DNA of 60,072 nt, filler included, from Hausera hauseri (GCA_046269625.1; 9 parts of 9 records of this genome joined end to end with filler, not necessarily neighbours in it); one strand, 5' to 3'; positions 12,480 to 25,289 are shown, numbered from the whole stretch's first letter. Notes: generated by a model not told the origin, from the sequence alone. Made by a program: numbers and translations.

Positions 12480-14340
12480 NGATTTCCACCTACTTCCTTC
12501 GTATGCTTTTAAGAACTTTCCAAAAGTCGTTATGATTGCAGTCAGTATTGTACTTGAATATCCGGTCAATGTAAATATTTCATACCTATTTATTACTGCT
12601 TGGATGACTGCCTTAATCACTTGTATTAGAAAATATATCCCTAAGAATCCGGATGCACCTTGTCCAAAAATCAAAACTCTTCCCTAATTTTGTAGAGTAT
12701 TTTTGTAGTTACTCGCTGGTAATGGTTTTCTCCGAGCAAGGATTCCAATTTAGATGGATAGCGAGTATCATCTACTGCGGAGGTCATGGCTCGATTCAAC
12801 TCGTGCGTCCGTTGTCGCGGAAAAGCGTGAAATTGTCTGAAGGCTTCAATTTCTTTAAGCCTATATATACCCTTTGATGAGATGTCTTGACATTTGTCGT
12901 CTGTAATTCCTTTTGCAAGATTTTTTCCTGTTAATTTATTTGGAGCGGCAGTGATACCTCCATTTGGCAAACTGACCCAATCTGTTTCACTACGTCTAAA
13001 CATGGGTTCTACTAATCTTGCTTTACAATCCTTAAGAATTGTCGGTTCAGTTGCATTGTCTAATAGCACTCTAGAGAGTGGCATAGCTAACCATGGTAAA
13101 TAAGGGGAAATTCCGGTATGCTGCATTTTTCTTCAACGTTGATTGGTACATTTTTTCCTCACATTCGTAAGTCAATAGGACTTCACCGCTAAATCGATCG
13201 AAGATTCCTTCTCTCACAGGATTTATTGGGGATGCCAACTCGGGATTAGCGTAAACATGAGCCAGTTTTGTCCTCATGGTTTCCATATCCAATTTACAAT
13301 AGTTTGTTATCATTTTATGATATAACGCGTTTATTCAAACTGGCTCTTTGCAATAGAAATAATCGTCTCTGGTCTTCAGATAATCCTCAATTCAAATATC
13401 CTGCGTTTCCAGTTTGTAAGTCTTTGCATTTATTTCTGTTTCTGCGACAAAGAACGTTTCATAGTTGGTAGAGAACATCACTAGTTCACAACGAGAAACC
13501 ATTTCTTTCTCAATAAATTTCAGCCAATGCTGGTCAGAGATTAATGTACTAGACGTATGATGTTCTGATATATCTTCGCGTGTCCTTGAGTTGGTATCAG
13601 ATTTATCCCCATATCGCTTTCCGATATTTTCACTAAACTTTAATTCCTTAATATTGATAAAATTACAGCTTCTTCCAGGGGGAGTTTCCCATATTATAAC
13701 AGAACCTCTAAAAGCACAGGTTCCGTCTTGTAAATGGCATTTTTGATTTTCCTTATATACTTTGGTGACACTATAGAACATTACTTTCTGTGCTCACATC
13801 TCAGATTCATAGAAATCCACGACTACTACGTTTGCTTTTAATCCTTTTCCGGTGTAGTATTCCGCTCCGTTACAATGTCCGTTATGCATGTCTAACCTTC
13901 CGACCACTACCTTGTATGCCCTAATTATCTTTCCTGGTTGCATTTCCAATTCCATACTGTCCCATTGTACTCTTCCGGTCTCCTTAGCCTGTTTGCAGTA
14001 CAGGCGTTCTAAGTTCATCGGAATTAAAGGAGTTGTTGGATTGATTATTGAAGAATGTCCGTGTATTAATCCACAGTGAAAAATGCTTCGAGATCGTCTC
14101 AGCATACATTCCATTCCATCTAATGATATCAATTCTTGTTGTTGGTGCAGAAAATAATTTTCTCTCTCGTTTCTAACTTGTGCGGCATGGTATCTTCGCC
14201 CACTTCCAAATCCATTAGGTAATATCTCTGCCCTAGTTTAAACTTATCGCAGTTGTAGACGGCAACAGGGTCTATGTGCTTTATTAGCATCATCAAGGTG
14301 AGTAAGCTGATTAGCCAATTTGATTCGTTTTTCCGGTTAT
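12480..14340 (-). pseudogene. Chuvirus-like (class III fusion) envelope glycoprotein, copy A
   Basis: Signal-like WLISLLTLMMLI then VAVYNC; FHCGLIHGHSS; CHLQDGTC..IIWE; SGEVLLTYEC; PLSRVL; KGIY....E.FRQF.AFP; TM region FGQGASGFLGIYFLIQVIK..INRY. Confidence 0.8.
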
Positions 14341-17300
14341 TATTATCGGTTGTTACCAAATTACGTAGCATATCTTCCATCTTATTACTATTACCGAACC
14401 GTTTGTCCTCTTCCTTGTCGAATAGTCTCGACCAATTTACTTCGCAGGGTAGCTTTCTCGCCGGTCTTCGTGCTAAGCTTGTTGCACTATTAATTTCATC
14501 CTCTCGATTAGGATGTACTTTGATAGCTAAGTATAGTAATACTTTTCTTAATTCTTCAGTGGTCTTTTCTACCATGATCTTTTCAATTACCGATTCGTCG
14601 GTTAAGTTACTTTTTGATCGTTTAAAACGTGAACTTTTCATCATTCTAGCTACATTGAATATTGCTATTTGTTTATCATTTAATGTGTCATCTCGAAGGC
14701 TTAAATAATTTACAATACGTATTAAATTCTTCATTAATTCGTTTTATTCTTCATTGTCTGTGCTGAAAGTAGGAATCGACATTTGTCTCAACTCTCTAAT
14801 CAATTCTCCATTATAACTTCTTCTCGTGTCTTCTTAGGCCTACCGACTGGGCGTTTCTGTCTTGGGACATTGGCTATCATTTCACTCAGCAGCACTAAAT
14901 TCTTGTCGTATTGTTCCTTGTCCTCATCCGTTTGTAAATACTCGAAATACATTGCAGCATCTCGGACTCCCATGATTTGTTCTACGCATTGTTCCGTCTT
15001 GGCCTTACGCGTGGCTTCTCCTTTAGTTTGTTCATTGGCTACTATTATTACTATTCGATTTGTTTCGTTGGAAATAATCCCTACATCTATTAATTGTTCT
15101 AAATCGTCGAGTATTTCACCTCTAAAGTAAAATCTCTAATTTAGCTCATTTGTTCCGCCATTATTTAATAACCATTCTCTTACGTCCCTTACATAAGAAT
15201 ATGTAGTTATCTCACATTCTTTTTCGTCCATCTACTCGGATGATACCATTTCCTTATCAGAAGTTTCGGCACCATGGTATAAATTGTATTCTCACTATAT
15301 AATTTAGTTAAGGTCGGAATAAGTTGTCTTAACTTACTCTCAGTAATGTTTACGTTAATTAGTTGAATTACATTTTTTCCAGTTAGCGCTGAATCCAGGA
15401 GCATCTCCAAATTGAATCTCCTATTCTGTGGACATGTTTCTATTTCATTCAGTTGTACTGGAGTCACGGGATTTTCGGCCCTTATCGCATCTAAGTACGC
15501 ATCCCATTCCGATTCATTTCCAACATCTAGAAGTCCATAATCTATTAAGGCTATATTTGTTTTTTGCACATTTTCTCAAATTTCTTTCAATCTTGGTTGT
15601 ATTTTTTTCATCTGCGTAGTTCGAAAGCCTATTCCGTTTCCGCAGGCATACTGAATCATTTTCAGTAATTCGCCTAATTCATTAGAATTGATGAATTCCT
15701 TTTGGTAATAATCAGTTAGCTCAATAATTGCATCTCTCTGCCATCTTTGCACAAATTCTCGCTTATTTTTGATCTCTGATTCGGTAAAAGCATATTTGTT
15801 TCGGTAGATTTCGAGTTCTTTTACTAATTCATCTAACCTCGTTGCTCTTTGTTTTGTCTTAATACACGTTTCTTTAACCTGTCTTATTTTAGGCATAAAT
15901 TGTCACATCTTCTCATCATTAATCTCTGCCGTTTCTACTAATAGGAAGGCTAACTCATACATCTCATTTATGACCTTTGAGTCGGGATCCATTGCATCCC
16001 ACAATTTCTTTATGAACTTAGATTTTTCGAGACTAAGATGTTGGTTGTTTCTTATTTTTGTTAACTCGGTATGGCAATTCTGATCTGTTCCGGCCATCCA
16101 TTCTTGTGGTTTATGCAAGAATTTTATTGCTTCCGCTAAAGCTGCTCTATGTTCTGGACAAATATCTAGGGTTTCGATATCCTGGAATAAAATCTCGTCG
16201 ATAGGTATATATGTTAAATGTTGGACTCCTTCTAGTCGGATATTCCTTAATCTTGTACAGAAAGCGCAAGTCATATTTCTTTTTGTTGTGAAGTTTGTTT
16301 CTTCGATCATTTTATAAATTTCTTTCAGTATCGTCGTTTCTTCTTCTTCTTTATAAAATTTAGTCGTTATAAAGCTTCGAATTGCGTTCGGATATCTATT
16401 TCTGCTTGTAGTGTATCTAAATTACGTGCATTTTCTTTTAATTGCCCTTTTATAGATAGTTCGCTTTCTGGAAATTCTTTCTTACAGTCTTCTAATAATT
16501 TGCTTAGTCTCATTATTAATCCGGACCATTCCGACAATTGATTAGCGATTATTGGCTTTGCCAATATAGTTTTGTCTAGCATCTTATATGCATCCTTTAA
16601 TTCATCGTCTAGAGATTTTATGAAATTCGTAATCCGGCTGACATAACTAAATTCATCTTCATATTCATCAAATTCTATTATACAAGCTTATACTACGTAT
16701 TCTCTTTCTTCGTTGTTTGGAGACATAATTCGGTTTCTCAAACTATAAATTTGTGTGCGCTTTTCATTTTCCATTTTGATTTGATTCTCTAGGTTCGTAT
16801 ATTGTTTAGGTACAGCGAAAGCGATTTCTATCATTTCCATTAAGAGAGAAATATCTACTGGGTCTATACCCAATATTTCTAAATCGATATTATTTCGATT
16901 GCTAACCGGTTTTTCTCTAAGCCGATTAATCATTGCACAGCGAATTTCGTCCATCATACGCTCTAAATTACGGACTACTCTTTTCAGTTTCGAATTTGCT
17001 TCTAAGGTAGACAGTAGCGTCTGAGCTTTAGCAACTTTTACATCAACACTATTTTCATTTTTGCTCCATTCTTCCGAGAATTCAACTCCATTTTTAATCC
17101 ACGATTCCAATTCACGTTTCCATTTTATTAACGTTTTAGATGATACCTCTTCTGGTTGTCCTAAGTCGATTGCTTCATCAAGCTTTTCTTCACTACATAA
17201 ATTTAAACTTTTATATAATCTCTCAGCAAATTGTTGCTCCCTACCGAATATATCTACTTGTTCGCTAATCTGTTTAAGCCTTTCTGAATTTCGTTGTAAC

Positions 17301-17646
17301 ATTTCTGGATCGTGACATCTAATTCACATTTTCTTTAGTTCATCGGCGTTTTTCCTCAAACATCGAACTTTCCACTTTCACGGATCAAAATCATCAATAT
17401 TTTGCGTCTCTTAGTCACTAGTGGAAAGTGAGCAAACCTTGTTAATTTCATTAATGGACTCTACAGGTTCTTTTACCTTGATAGGTGTAAATTGACCAAT
17501 TTCTGATGTATTTAAGCTAGGCTCTACGTCTATGTCTACAGCGATGTTTATATTTTTCGTTTCTTCTATTTTCTCTCTAGTTACTTACGAACGTGATCGA
17601 TTTCTACGTTTCGTCTTTAATGAAGGGGTGCGGCCTCTATTTTTCG
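14341..17646 (-). pseudogene. Very long (~1100 codons, 5'-truncated) charged, coiled-coil-like ORF in gag position, running into the glycoprotein
   Basis: ORFs 16688-17302, 16367-16582, 15903-16310, 15576-15896, 15207-15569 and 14129-14734 abut across single stops or frameshifts; no canonical CCHC knuckle seen. Confidence 0.65.
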
Positions 17647-17746
17647 NNNNNNNNNNNNNNNNNNNNNNNNNNNNNNNNNNNNNNNNNNNNTTAATTAATT
17701 AANNNNNNNNNNNNNNNNNNNNNNNNNNNNNNNNNNNNNNNNNNNN

Positions 17747-18060
17747 GGGACAGACATAATATTGGTTTCCATAATGTATCATTCCATAGTACTGCTGTCC
17801 GCTTGGCATTATCGTGGCATTGGTTTGAACGACTGACATGGTGCATTCGGTGTACATGACTGCCATGATGCATTTGGTGTGGATGATATTTGATCTGGTT
17901 TATTTGATGATGATATTTGCACTAATATTGATTGATATGTTCCTTATGTTGGGCATAAAATTCCATGTATGGTATGTCGTTTAAAGATCGACATACTGGG
18001 CATATATGTCCTTTTTCTGATTCATAATATTTTTCCATTTCTGATGACACATCTTCGGAT
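17747..18060 (-). pseudogene. 5' end of a Polinton-type PolB gene (N-terminal CxxC modules)
   Basis: HICPVCRSLNDIPYMEFYAQHKEH...QYYGMIHYGNQYYVC aligns with ICPTCEIVCQTNYEDFYNAHKQY...SYYGYKFNRILYYICP at 45943-46180, which leads into PolB. Confidence 0.65.
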
Positions 18061-18399
18061 CTTCATGTTGCGTGTTATTAGAATATTTGGTATACGTTTC
18101 ACACTAAAATTTTTTCAAATTTTTCAAATGGAGAAATTAATCTTACTTTAGTCATTATAAACGTTTTAGCTACGGTATAATAATAATTGATTTTGTATTA
18201 TTATTTTATGTTTTCAACGCAAACATTTTATAGCCTTACATTACCTTTCATTTAATCTTTTATGTATATGTAATATAAATAGATGTACTTTAAAAGACAT
18301 CTATAAAACCGAAAAAAAAATCGATATTTTTCTAAAGTATTTGTATAAAACCACATAAAAGTTCATGTGTTCAAAGTTCACATGTACATAGAAAATTCG

Positions 18400-19056
18400 T
18401 TTCCCTTTGCTATGCGTTGATGGAGATGCGTAAAAACTTTGCGACACACATAGCCATAATCAGTAACCGATGGCCGGTTGTTCCATCGTTGTTCCCTTCG
18501 GCAATGGGTTATTTCCATTCCGATACCATTATCGAATAGCCCGCGTCATGGGCTTCCGTTTCCTGTTCCACTCGACACGGGATTCCATCATAAGTGCACA
18601 CACATTGGTGTCTCTGAGGTCATAAGTGCATCGTGCACCTTTCTTTCTGGTTCCGTTCGGCTACTCACAGGCCCATTGTTATGGGACCATAAACCGTTGG
18701 TCAAAGACGTTTCCCACTTCCTCATAAACCATATGCGGGTTCTGGGTCACTTTTTAGTCATCGCCCCGTGCCGTTGCGCTCCATCCGATCGACTTTGTTC
18801 CTCCTGAATTTGATGTGTCATCCGTGCCCCATCATTTCAATGCGCCACACGTCACCATCCATCATTTCCTTCTAACATCCACTTTTTCCGTGCACTTCTT
18901 CAGCTTCCGGGGTGCACCATGCACCTTTCCTGGTGTGATTTTTGAAATCGACGTTGCCGAATTGACAAACCCAGTGCCTGTGTGCGCAGCAAGCACGCTT
19001 CGTATTGGCTGCATGGGGGGAGGGGGATGATCCAGAACCCGCATTTCTATACTATT
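18400..19056 (-). mobile_element. Putative Polinton/Maverick terminal region; terminus at 19056, second terminus copy ending at 19192
   Basis: GC-richer non-coding block ending ...TTTCTATACTATT / ...TTTCTATACTACT (5'-AGTAGTATAG on the minus strand), upstream of the PolB 5' fragment; Polinton ends commonly start with AG or AGT repeats. Confidence 0.6.
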
Positions 19057-19929
19057 GATGCCAAACATAAACTGATCGGCTGAGTAATTTTATCTTTGTT
19101 TATTTTTCCTTACAGGCGTAGACGTAAAAATTGGTTAACTATGGTTTTGTNNNNNNNNNNGGATGATCCAGAACCCGCATTTCTATACTACTAAAATTAC
19201 AACAGATGTTGGTTATTGCAAGTGAATGCAATAGTTTTACTTGAACCCATCACGGAGACAACCAGGAATTCATTAACAATTCAATTTCTCGGACACTCGG
19301 TGCTTTTTGTCGTGGTCAATTTTCTTCTGGCTCGTGCGGAATAATTTGTCAAGTACACAACTTTTTGTTTTATTTAAAATAACGAAAAATTTTAAAAATT
19401 GGTTTGCAACTTTTTGTAAAATCGACTTTCAGTTTCGATTTTTGAATTAAGTTTTTCCTCGTCGCGGTTACTCAATACATTTTTTCCAGCTCATTCATAC
19501 ATGTTTGCAGTGAATACTAGGAGGACAACATCTTGTGCAATAAAATACCCGGTTTTGAAGTATGTACTCAGTTCGTTGGCGCGTGACACCTTTGTCGGAG
19601 GTAAGTTGATGCACCAACAAATTGAGGTGGAGTTTTAATTGTTTACCAAGCTCATTTTCATGAACCACAAATAGACTTGTGACTAACTCATGGTGTCATA
19701 ATAACAGTGAGTCACAAATTAACCGACACTGTGGAGCTTGTAGGAGGTTGGGGTTCTTGAGTTGTGTCAGCAGTCATTTTCTTAGCGTCCCGTATTTGTT
19801 TCCTCAACACTTAATTGTGAGATTGTTTCTCGTTGTTTCAATAATTCTTTGGCAAAATTCCCCTCGGGATTTGGGTTGCCTTTGTGTACAGCGGCTTAAT
19901 ATATGAAACCACTTGGATGAGACCCCAAA

Positions 19930-22046
19930 AACTATCGTTAAATGACTTTTACATATTTCTCACCAAGAATTGTACTTATTCCCATCTAATTCCTCTTTTA
20001 AATACATCAAATATTTCTTGATTTGATATCAATTCTAATTCTATTTTTGTTTGGTATAAACCTAAACTCCATGTTAATCCCGGTGTTGAAACAAAATAAC
20101 AAGGGTCGAGGGGAATCAAACTTCTAAATTTTATGATACAGTCACGTAGTAAAAAATATCTTGTTTTAAATATAAAATTGTGTATTCTAAATGATTTTTA
20201 CAATTAAATGTTCTATAAACCTGCTTATATCTCTCATATTCTTGATCAGAAATATTTGAATTATTTAACCTACTATAAAATGCTTCTTTAGGAAGTATTT
20301 CTGTTTCATAATATTTCTCAAAATTATTAAAATAATCATAAGGATAAACCCCTTTTTTCTTAACAAAAGATGCAAAAAATCGGAATTTTCTTGCTCAGTT
20401 TTTGTTAATAATTTTAAATATACATTATCTTCTGGTGAAAGAGATTTTGCAACATCAGCCAACGCACCTGATAAAAATCTGAAACTATCAACAAATTTAT
20501 AAAAATTATCAAATACCATAGAAATATAAGTTTCATCTGTTTTTGGAATAATTTTAATATCTTTTTCATATTTTGCTAATTCTTTAATAATTAAATGAAA
20601 ATCATATCTACTTCCATTATGAAAAAATATTGGAATTTCTTTTTTTATTTTCGCATTAATATTACATTCATTATGTGCTGGTCCTCTATATTTTCCGTTG
20701 TAATGATCATGGTCTAATACTTTTTCAGATTCAATATTTTGTTCACAATAATAGCAAATATTATTTGATTTATATTCATCGATTTCTTTTTTTGTGATAT
20801 TTACAGGATTATTTTTTTTCAAAGCTTTCAAAAATCTTTCTTTATTTTCAACCAACCATTTTACAAAATCTTTTACTGCTTCATTTTCTCCTATGAATAA
20901 TTTTTCTTCCTCTTGAATTAAATCCGGATAATTTGAAATAATTTTTACAAAAATTAATGTTGGTATTTGTTTTGATCTGATAAATGTTTTTTCATTTTCA
21001 TTATTAGCATAAAATACTTCTTCATTTATGCATTCAATATCTGCAACCATGATAAATGGTAATTTTAATTTATAAGAATAATTTGTGAATTTTAATATTT
21101 CTCCTTTTTTGGGAAATATATATTTCGTTGGTTCATTATCAATGCACAACTTTTTATGATTATCAATTGCGTTTTTATTAATGAAATAACTTAGACATTT
21201 TTCACAAATAAATATTTCTTCATCATGTCTTAAATTATAACCTAATTCAACCGATAAATAAGATTTTAAATTTTTTATCCACATAAAATGTTCTTCATAA
21301 TATAATAAATTAATTGATTTGGCAAAATTCTTTTTAGAACTATGATATATTGGAAGAGTTTTGTATGATTTTCTTTCGTTTTTATTTTTTCCTTTAATGT
21401 ATTCTAAATAATATACATTAATTTTTAAATTGTTTTTATTTTCAAAATTGTTTATTTTATTTATTTGCATTGGAAATTCAACCCCTTTCAAATTCAGATT
21501 ATTTTCAAATGGTTTATATTTTGAAACTCTTTGTGGATTTTCATCAGCTTGATATAAACATGATAGTACTGCCCATAGAAAACATTTTTCATCTTTATTT
21601 TTCACATTTACAATATTATTTGAAGCAAATGGCAACTTTTTAAAAGATTTTCCCATTAAAACATTTATTTTATTCGTATGGAGTGTTAAAAAAGAAAATG
21701 AAACAATTACCCAATTTGATTTAACTAATCTATCATTAATTTCTTCAAATTCTTTTATAAGAGATTGAAATAATGAATTTATATTAATTCGTGAATAAGG
21801 TGAATTTAAATTTTCTGGTTGTGAAAGAATTTTAAATGTTCTAATTTCTTTATCTTTAATATTTTTCATTTTAACATATACAGATAATGTAAATTTAATT
21901 GCTGTTTCAACATTTTTAATTTTATCAATAATATCATATTTAAATAAAATGAGGTATTATTCTATACTATATATTAAGAACTCTTTTTTGGAAATAACTA
22001 AATCATTTGAAATATTTTTTAAATTGTTTTCAGAATTTGTTTCCAT
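19930..22046 (-). pseudogene. Polinton-type protein-primed DNA polymerase B, AT-rich family; N-terminal/exonuclease half with an endonuclease VII-like insert, 3'-truncated
   Basis: NVKNKDEKCFLWAV, HFMWIK, CEKC, ADIEC (exo I), CYYC..VLDHDHYNGKYRGPAHNECN, FHNGSRYDFH (exo II); after a frameshift KGFYPYDY, YLKQD and LDPCYFVSTPGLTW. In-frame ATG at 22046 with one stop before 21869. Confidence 0.9.
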
Positions 22047-22147
22047 TTTTTAACCCCACTTTTTCTTTTATAAAACTTTATTTCCATTTTTAAAACACCC
22101 CCAAAAATATGCACTACCAAATATTGTGAAAAAATGTGCACGTAATA

Positions 22148-22289
22148 AGTAGATAGTAGAACCACTAAATGAAATAGCGAAGCAAAGCGTAGTGTTAGTT
22201 CAATTTTTTATATTTTTTCTAACGATCGGTAAGCAGTCAGAAAAAATATAAAAGTGAGGTGTTTTCATTTACTGGTTCTACTATCTACT
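22148..22289. repeat. 142-nt fold-back palindrome at the apparent element terminus
   Basis: 27-bp inverted repeat 22148-22174/22263-22289 (1 mismatch) enclosing a perfect 15-bp inverted repeat 22206-22220/22239-22253. Confidence 0.9.
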
Positions 22290-22866
22290 ATCCGACTGAG
22301 CCTGCCATGTCTGCCTGTGTTAGGTTGACCACTATGTCGTCCAGATCTTGTGTGTCGACTACCCATTTAAATGAACCTTACGGCAAGGGTTGCGAAAGCT
22401 CCCAGCCTTACAGGTTATTAATATCAATATACAGCAGTGATGTGATATCTGTAGCACTGACCTTATGCTTGTTGACAAATATCATGCTGCCGCGAATACC
22501 AACATCAAACAGCCTGTACAATTCCGGGTCTTGCAGCAGCTCAATGTTTAGATCCAGTGACATTAGAGCTGACGCCAAACTCATTCCCGATATGGAATAA
22601 AAGTTGAATGGCTGCAACCTACCTTCCGCCAGCACTTGGGTCAGAAATGCTTGAAACACGTCGGCTAATAAGTAGACGTTCAGTTTAAGATATTGGAGCA
22701 TGTAATCCAAAATGTTTCTACAGCCCAATTCTGTCGAAGATTCTTGTGCTCTCCGATATTCATCTTTTGTATATTTGTCCATGGCGGTGGTAATTGCTCT
22801 ACTGTCCGGAATCGCTCATATAATGTTGCCAAGTCATATGAAAATATGCATTTGCTACGTGAAATA
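22290..22866 (-). pseudogene. Polinton-type PolB fragment (exo III to motif A), same family as 52343-55879
   Basis: QYLKLNVYLLADVFQAF, GIRG, LLYIDINNL*GW, PLP..F.WV; collinear with ~53480-54000. Confidence 0.85.
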
Positions 22867-23003
22867 NNNNNNNNNNNNNNNNNNNNNNNNNNNNNNNNNN
22901 NNNNNNNNNNTTAATTAATTAANNNNNNNNNNNNNNNNNNNNNNNNNNNNNNNNNNNNNNNNNNNNAAATTTTATGGGTTTTTATTCTTTGTTTACTATT
23001 ATT

Positions 23004-23071
23004 CTAGGCTTAGTGTAAGTGCATCAGAAATTTTCTTTTTCTTGGTATTAATTGGGAATTAATAGTTTAGA
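23004..23071 (+). tRNA. trnE: mt tRNA-Glu (TTC)
   Basis: Anticodon arm AGAAA-TTTTCTT-TTTCT; acceptor CTAGGCT/AGTTTAG. Confidence 0.75.
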
Positions 23072-23077
23072 GAGTGT

Positions 23078-23581
23078 ATTATTATTCTTTTGAGTTTATT
23101 TGGTGTGGTTTTGTTGTTGATTTTTTTTTTTCAGTATGTTTTTAGTACTTTATATCTTGGTTTGATTTTATTGTTTTATTGTGCGTTAGTTTTTTTTTTT
23201 CTGTGTTGAGTTTCTGTAGTTTGGTATGGGTTGTTATTTTTTTTGTTGTACATAGGTGGTTTGTTGGTTCTTTTTTTTTATGTGTTGTCTTTAAGTGCTA
23301 AACCTGTATATAATGATAGTGGAGGAGGAAAGTTGGGTAGGTTTTTTGTCTTTGTTTTTTTTATTTTTGTTTGTTTAAGGATTTTTTTTTTTTTTTTTAT
23401 TTTTAGGTTTTTTGGGATTTTGATAGACTACTCTTGGTTTTATGATTTATCTGTAAGTTTATTTTCTGAAAAAGAGGTTGTTTTTTTAGTTTTTGTTGGA
23501 ATTTATATAATTTTGGTGTTGTTTGTTGTTAATGTTTTAACTTCTAGAGTTTTTGGTGCTTTTCGTCCTGTGCGTTTTTAG
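23078..23581 (+). CDS. nad6: NADH dehydrogenase subunit 6 (start uncertain)
   Basis: WYGLLFFLLYIGGLLVLFFYV and C-terminal GAFRP; open in table 9. Confidence 0.9.
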
Positions 23582-25288
23582 TTGAATATTTTTTTTTTCT
23601 ATGGTAGGTTTTTTTTTTTTTTTTTTTTTTTCTGTTTTATTATTTTAGGTTGATGGTGATTTTATGGTTTTAGGGTATTTTTATTAAATTTTGGACATGG
23701 AAGGTGAGCTTTAGATGTTTATGGTTTAGTTTTTATGTTAGATTTGTATGGTTTGTTGTTTTTGATGGTATTATTTTTGATAGTTAGTAGTGTGATGTAT
23801 TTTTCTGGGATATATATGAGTGAGGAGGTTGAGTCTTTTCGGTTTTTGGTGTTTGTTAATCTTTTTGTGAGTTCTATGGTTATTTTAGTTATTAGTCCGA
23901 GTTTTTTTTCCTTTCTTTTAGGTTGAGATGGTTTAGGTTTTAGTAGATTTTTATTAGTTGCTTGATATAGGTGTAGTAGGTCTAGTTCTGCTAGTTTAAA
24001 GACTTTTTTAATAAATCGTTTTGGGGATGGTTTGTTTTTGGTTGGTATAGTTTTTTTTTTTGGTTTTTCTAGTAATTTAGTCTTTTTTTATTTGGTAGAT
24101 TATGGTTTATTTGTTGGGTTTGTTTATGTTTTAATATTTATTTTGATGTTTGCTTGTTTTACTAAGAGGGCTCAGTTTCCTTTTTCTAGTTGATTGCCTG
24201 CTGCTATGGCAGCTCCAACTCCTGTTTCTTCTTTAGTTCATTCTTCTACATTAGTTACTGCTGGTTTGTATGTGTTGTTTCGTGTTTTTTCTTTATTTGA
24301 GTATAGAGCTCCTTGGTGTTTTGTTTGTTTTAGGTTTTTTGGTCTATTTACTTTGTTTGTTGCTAGTTTTTCTGCTTTGTTTGAGATTGATGTAAAGAAG
24401 GTAGTAGCGTTTTCTACTTTGAGTCAGTTGGGTTTTATGTTATTTGTTTTTGGTTTTGGTTTAGTTGATCTTTTTTTTTTATATATGTTAGTTCATGCGT
24501 TGTTTAAGGCTTTGATGTTCATTTCTGTTGGAGTATATTTAGTTTTTGGAGGTCATAGTCAAGATATTCGTTCTTTAGTTTCTATGTGGCATTTTTCACC
24601 TTTGATATTTTTTAGATTTTTTATTAGTGTTTTGTCTTTGTGTGGATTTCCTTTTTTATCTAGTTTTGTTTTGAAGGATAGTTTATTAAGGTTGGTTTTT
24701 GGAGTATTTGGAGTTAATTGATTTTTAAGTTGGTTGTTTTTTTTTTCTGTGATTTTAACAGTTTTATATTCTTTTCGTTTATTTTTTTTTTCTGGTATTA
24801 GCAGTGTTCGTTGTTTTTCCTTTTTAAGTAGTAGTACGTATATATTTTTTGGTGTTGTTAGTTTGTTGTTAGTTAGTTGTTTTTTTGGTTCTATATTTGT
24901 TGAGAATTTATTAGTTGTTAGCTTGGTTAATGTTGATTTATATGATTTTATTTTGGTTGTTGGTATGTTGTTCTTAGGGGTTTTTATTAGATTGTTTTTA
25001 TTTGATATCTATGTAAAGTTTTTTTCTTTTTTTGGGGTATTTTTTTTTTATCTTAGTAGTATTGCTTTTTTAATTTTTTGAGGTAATAGTTTAAAAAGTT
25101 TGGTTATTTATGGTTCTTTATTATTAAATAGTTTAGATAAGGGTATATTTGTAATGTCTTTTGTTGATGATCTAAAAAAGTTTGGAAGAAATTTGTTTAG
25201 GAAGTTTTTGAGTGGATTTAAATTTTTATATTCTTGATTATTTATAATTTTTGTTAGGTTGTGTTTTATTGTTTTTGTTGTGGTAATT
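23582..25288 (+). CDS. nad5: NADH dehydrogenase subunit 5 (TTG start, probably incomplete stop)
   Basis: [49 protein letters not shown] in one frame. Confidence 0.97.
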
Positions 25289-25289
25289 T

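Larger units (their letters stand above)
12001..17646 (-). mobile_element. Env-carrying retroelement copy A: long gag-position ORF, glycoprotein, then continuing frame
   Basis: Chain of collinear minus-strand ORFs separated only by point stops and frameshifts; ~12350-14540 is homologous to ~57855-60072, which is joined to a Gypsy pol. Confidence 0.8.

Noticed and set aside
19161-19192. Tandem duplication of the terminal 32-mer
   Set aside because: The second copy starts right after a 10-N gap and has a different flank; more likely scaffolding of two insertion sites.
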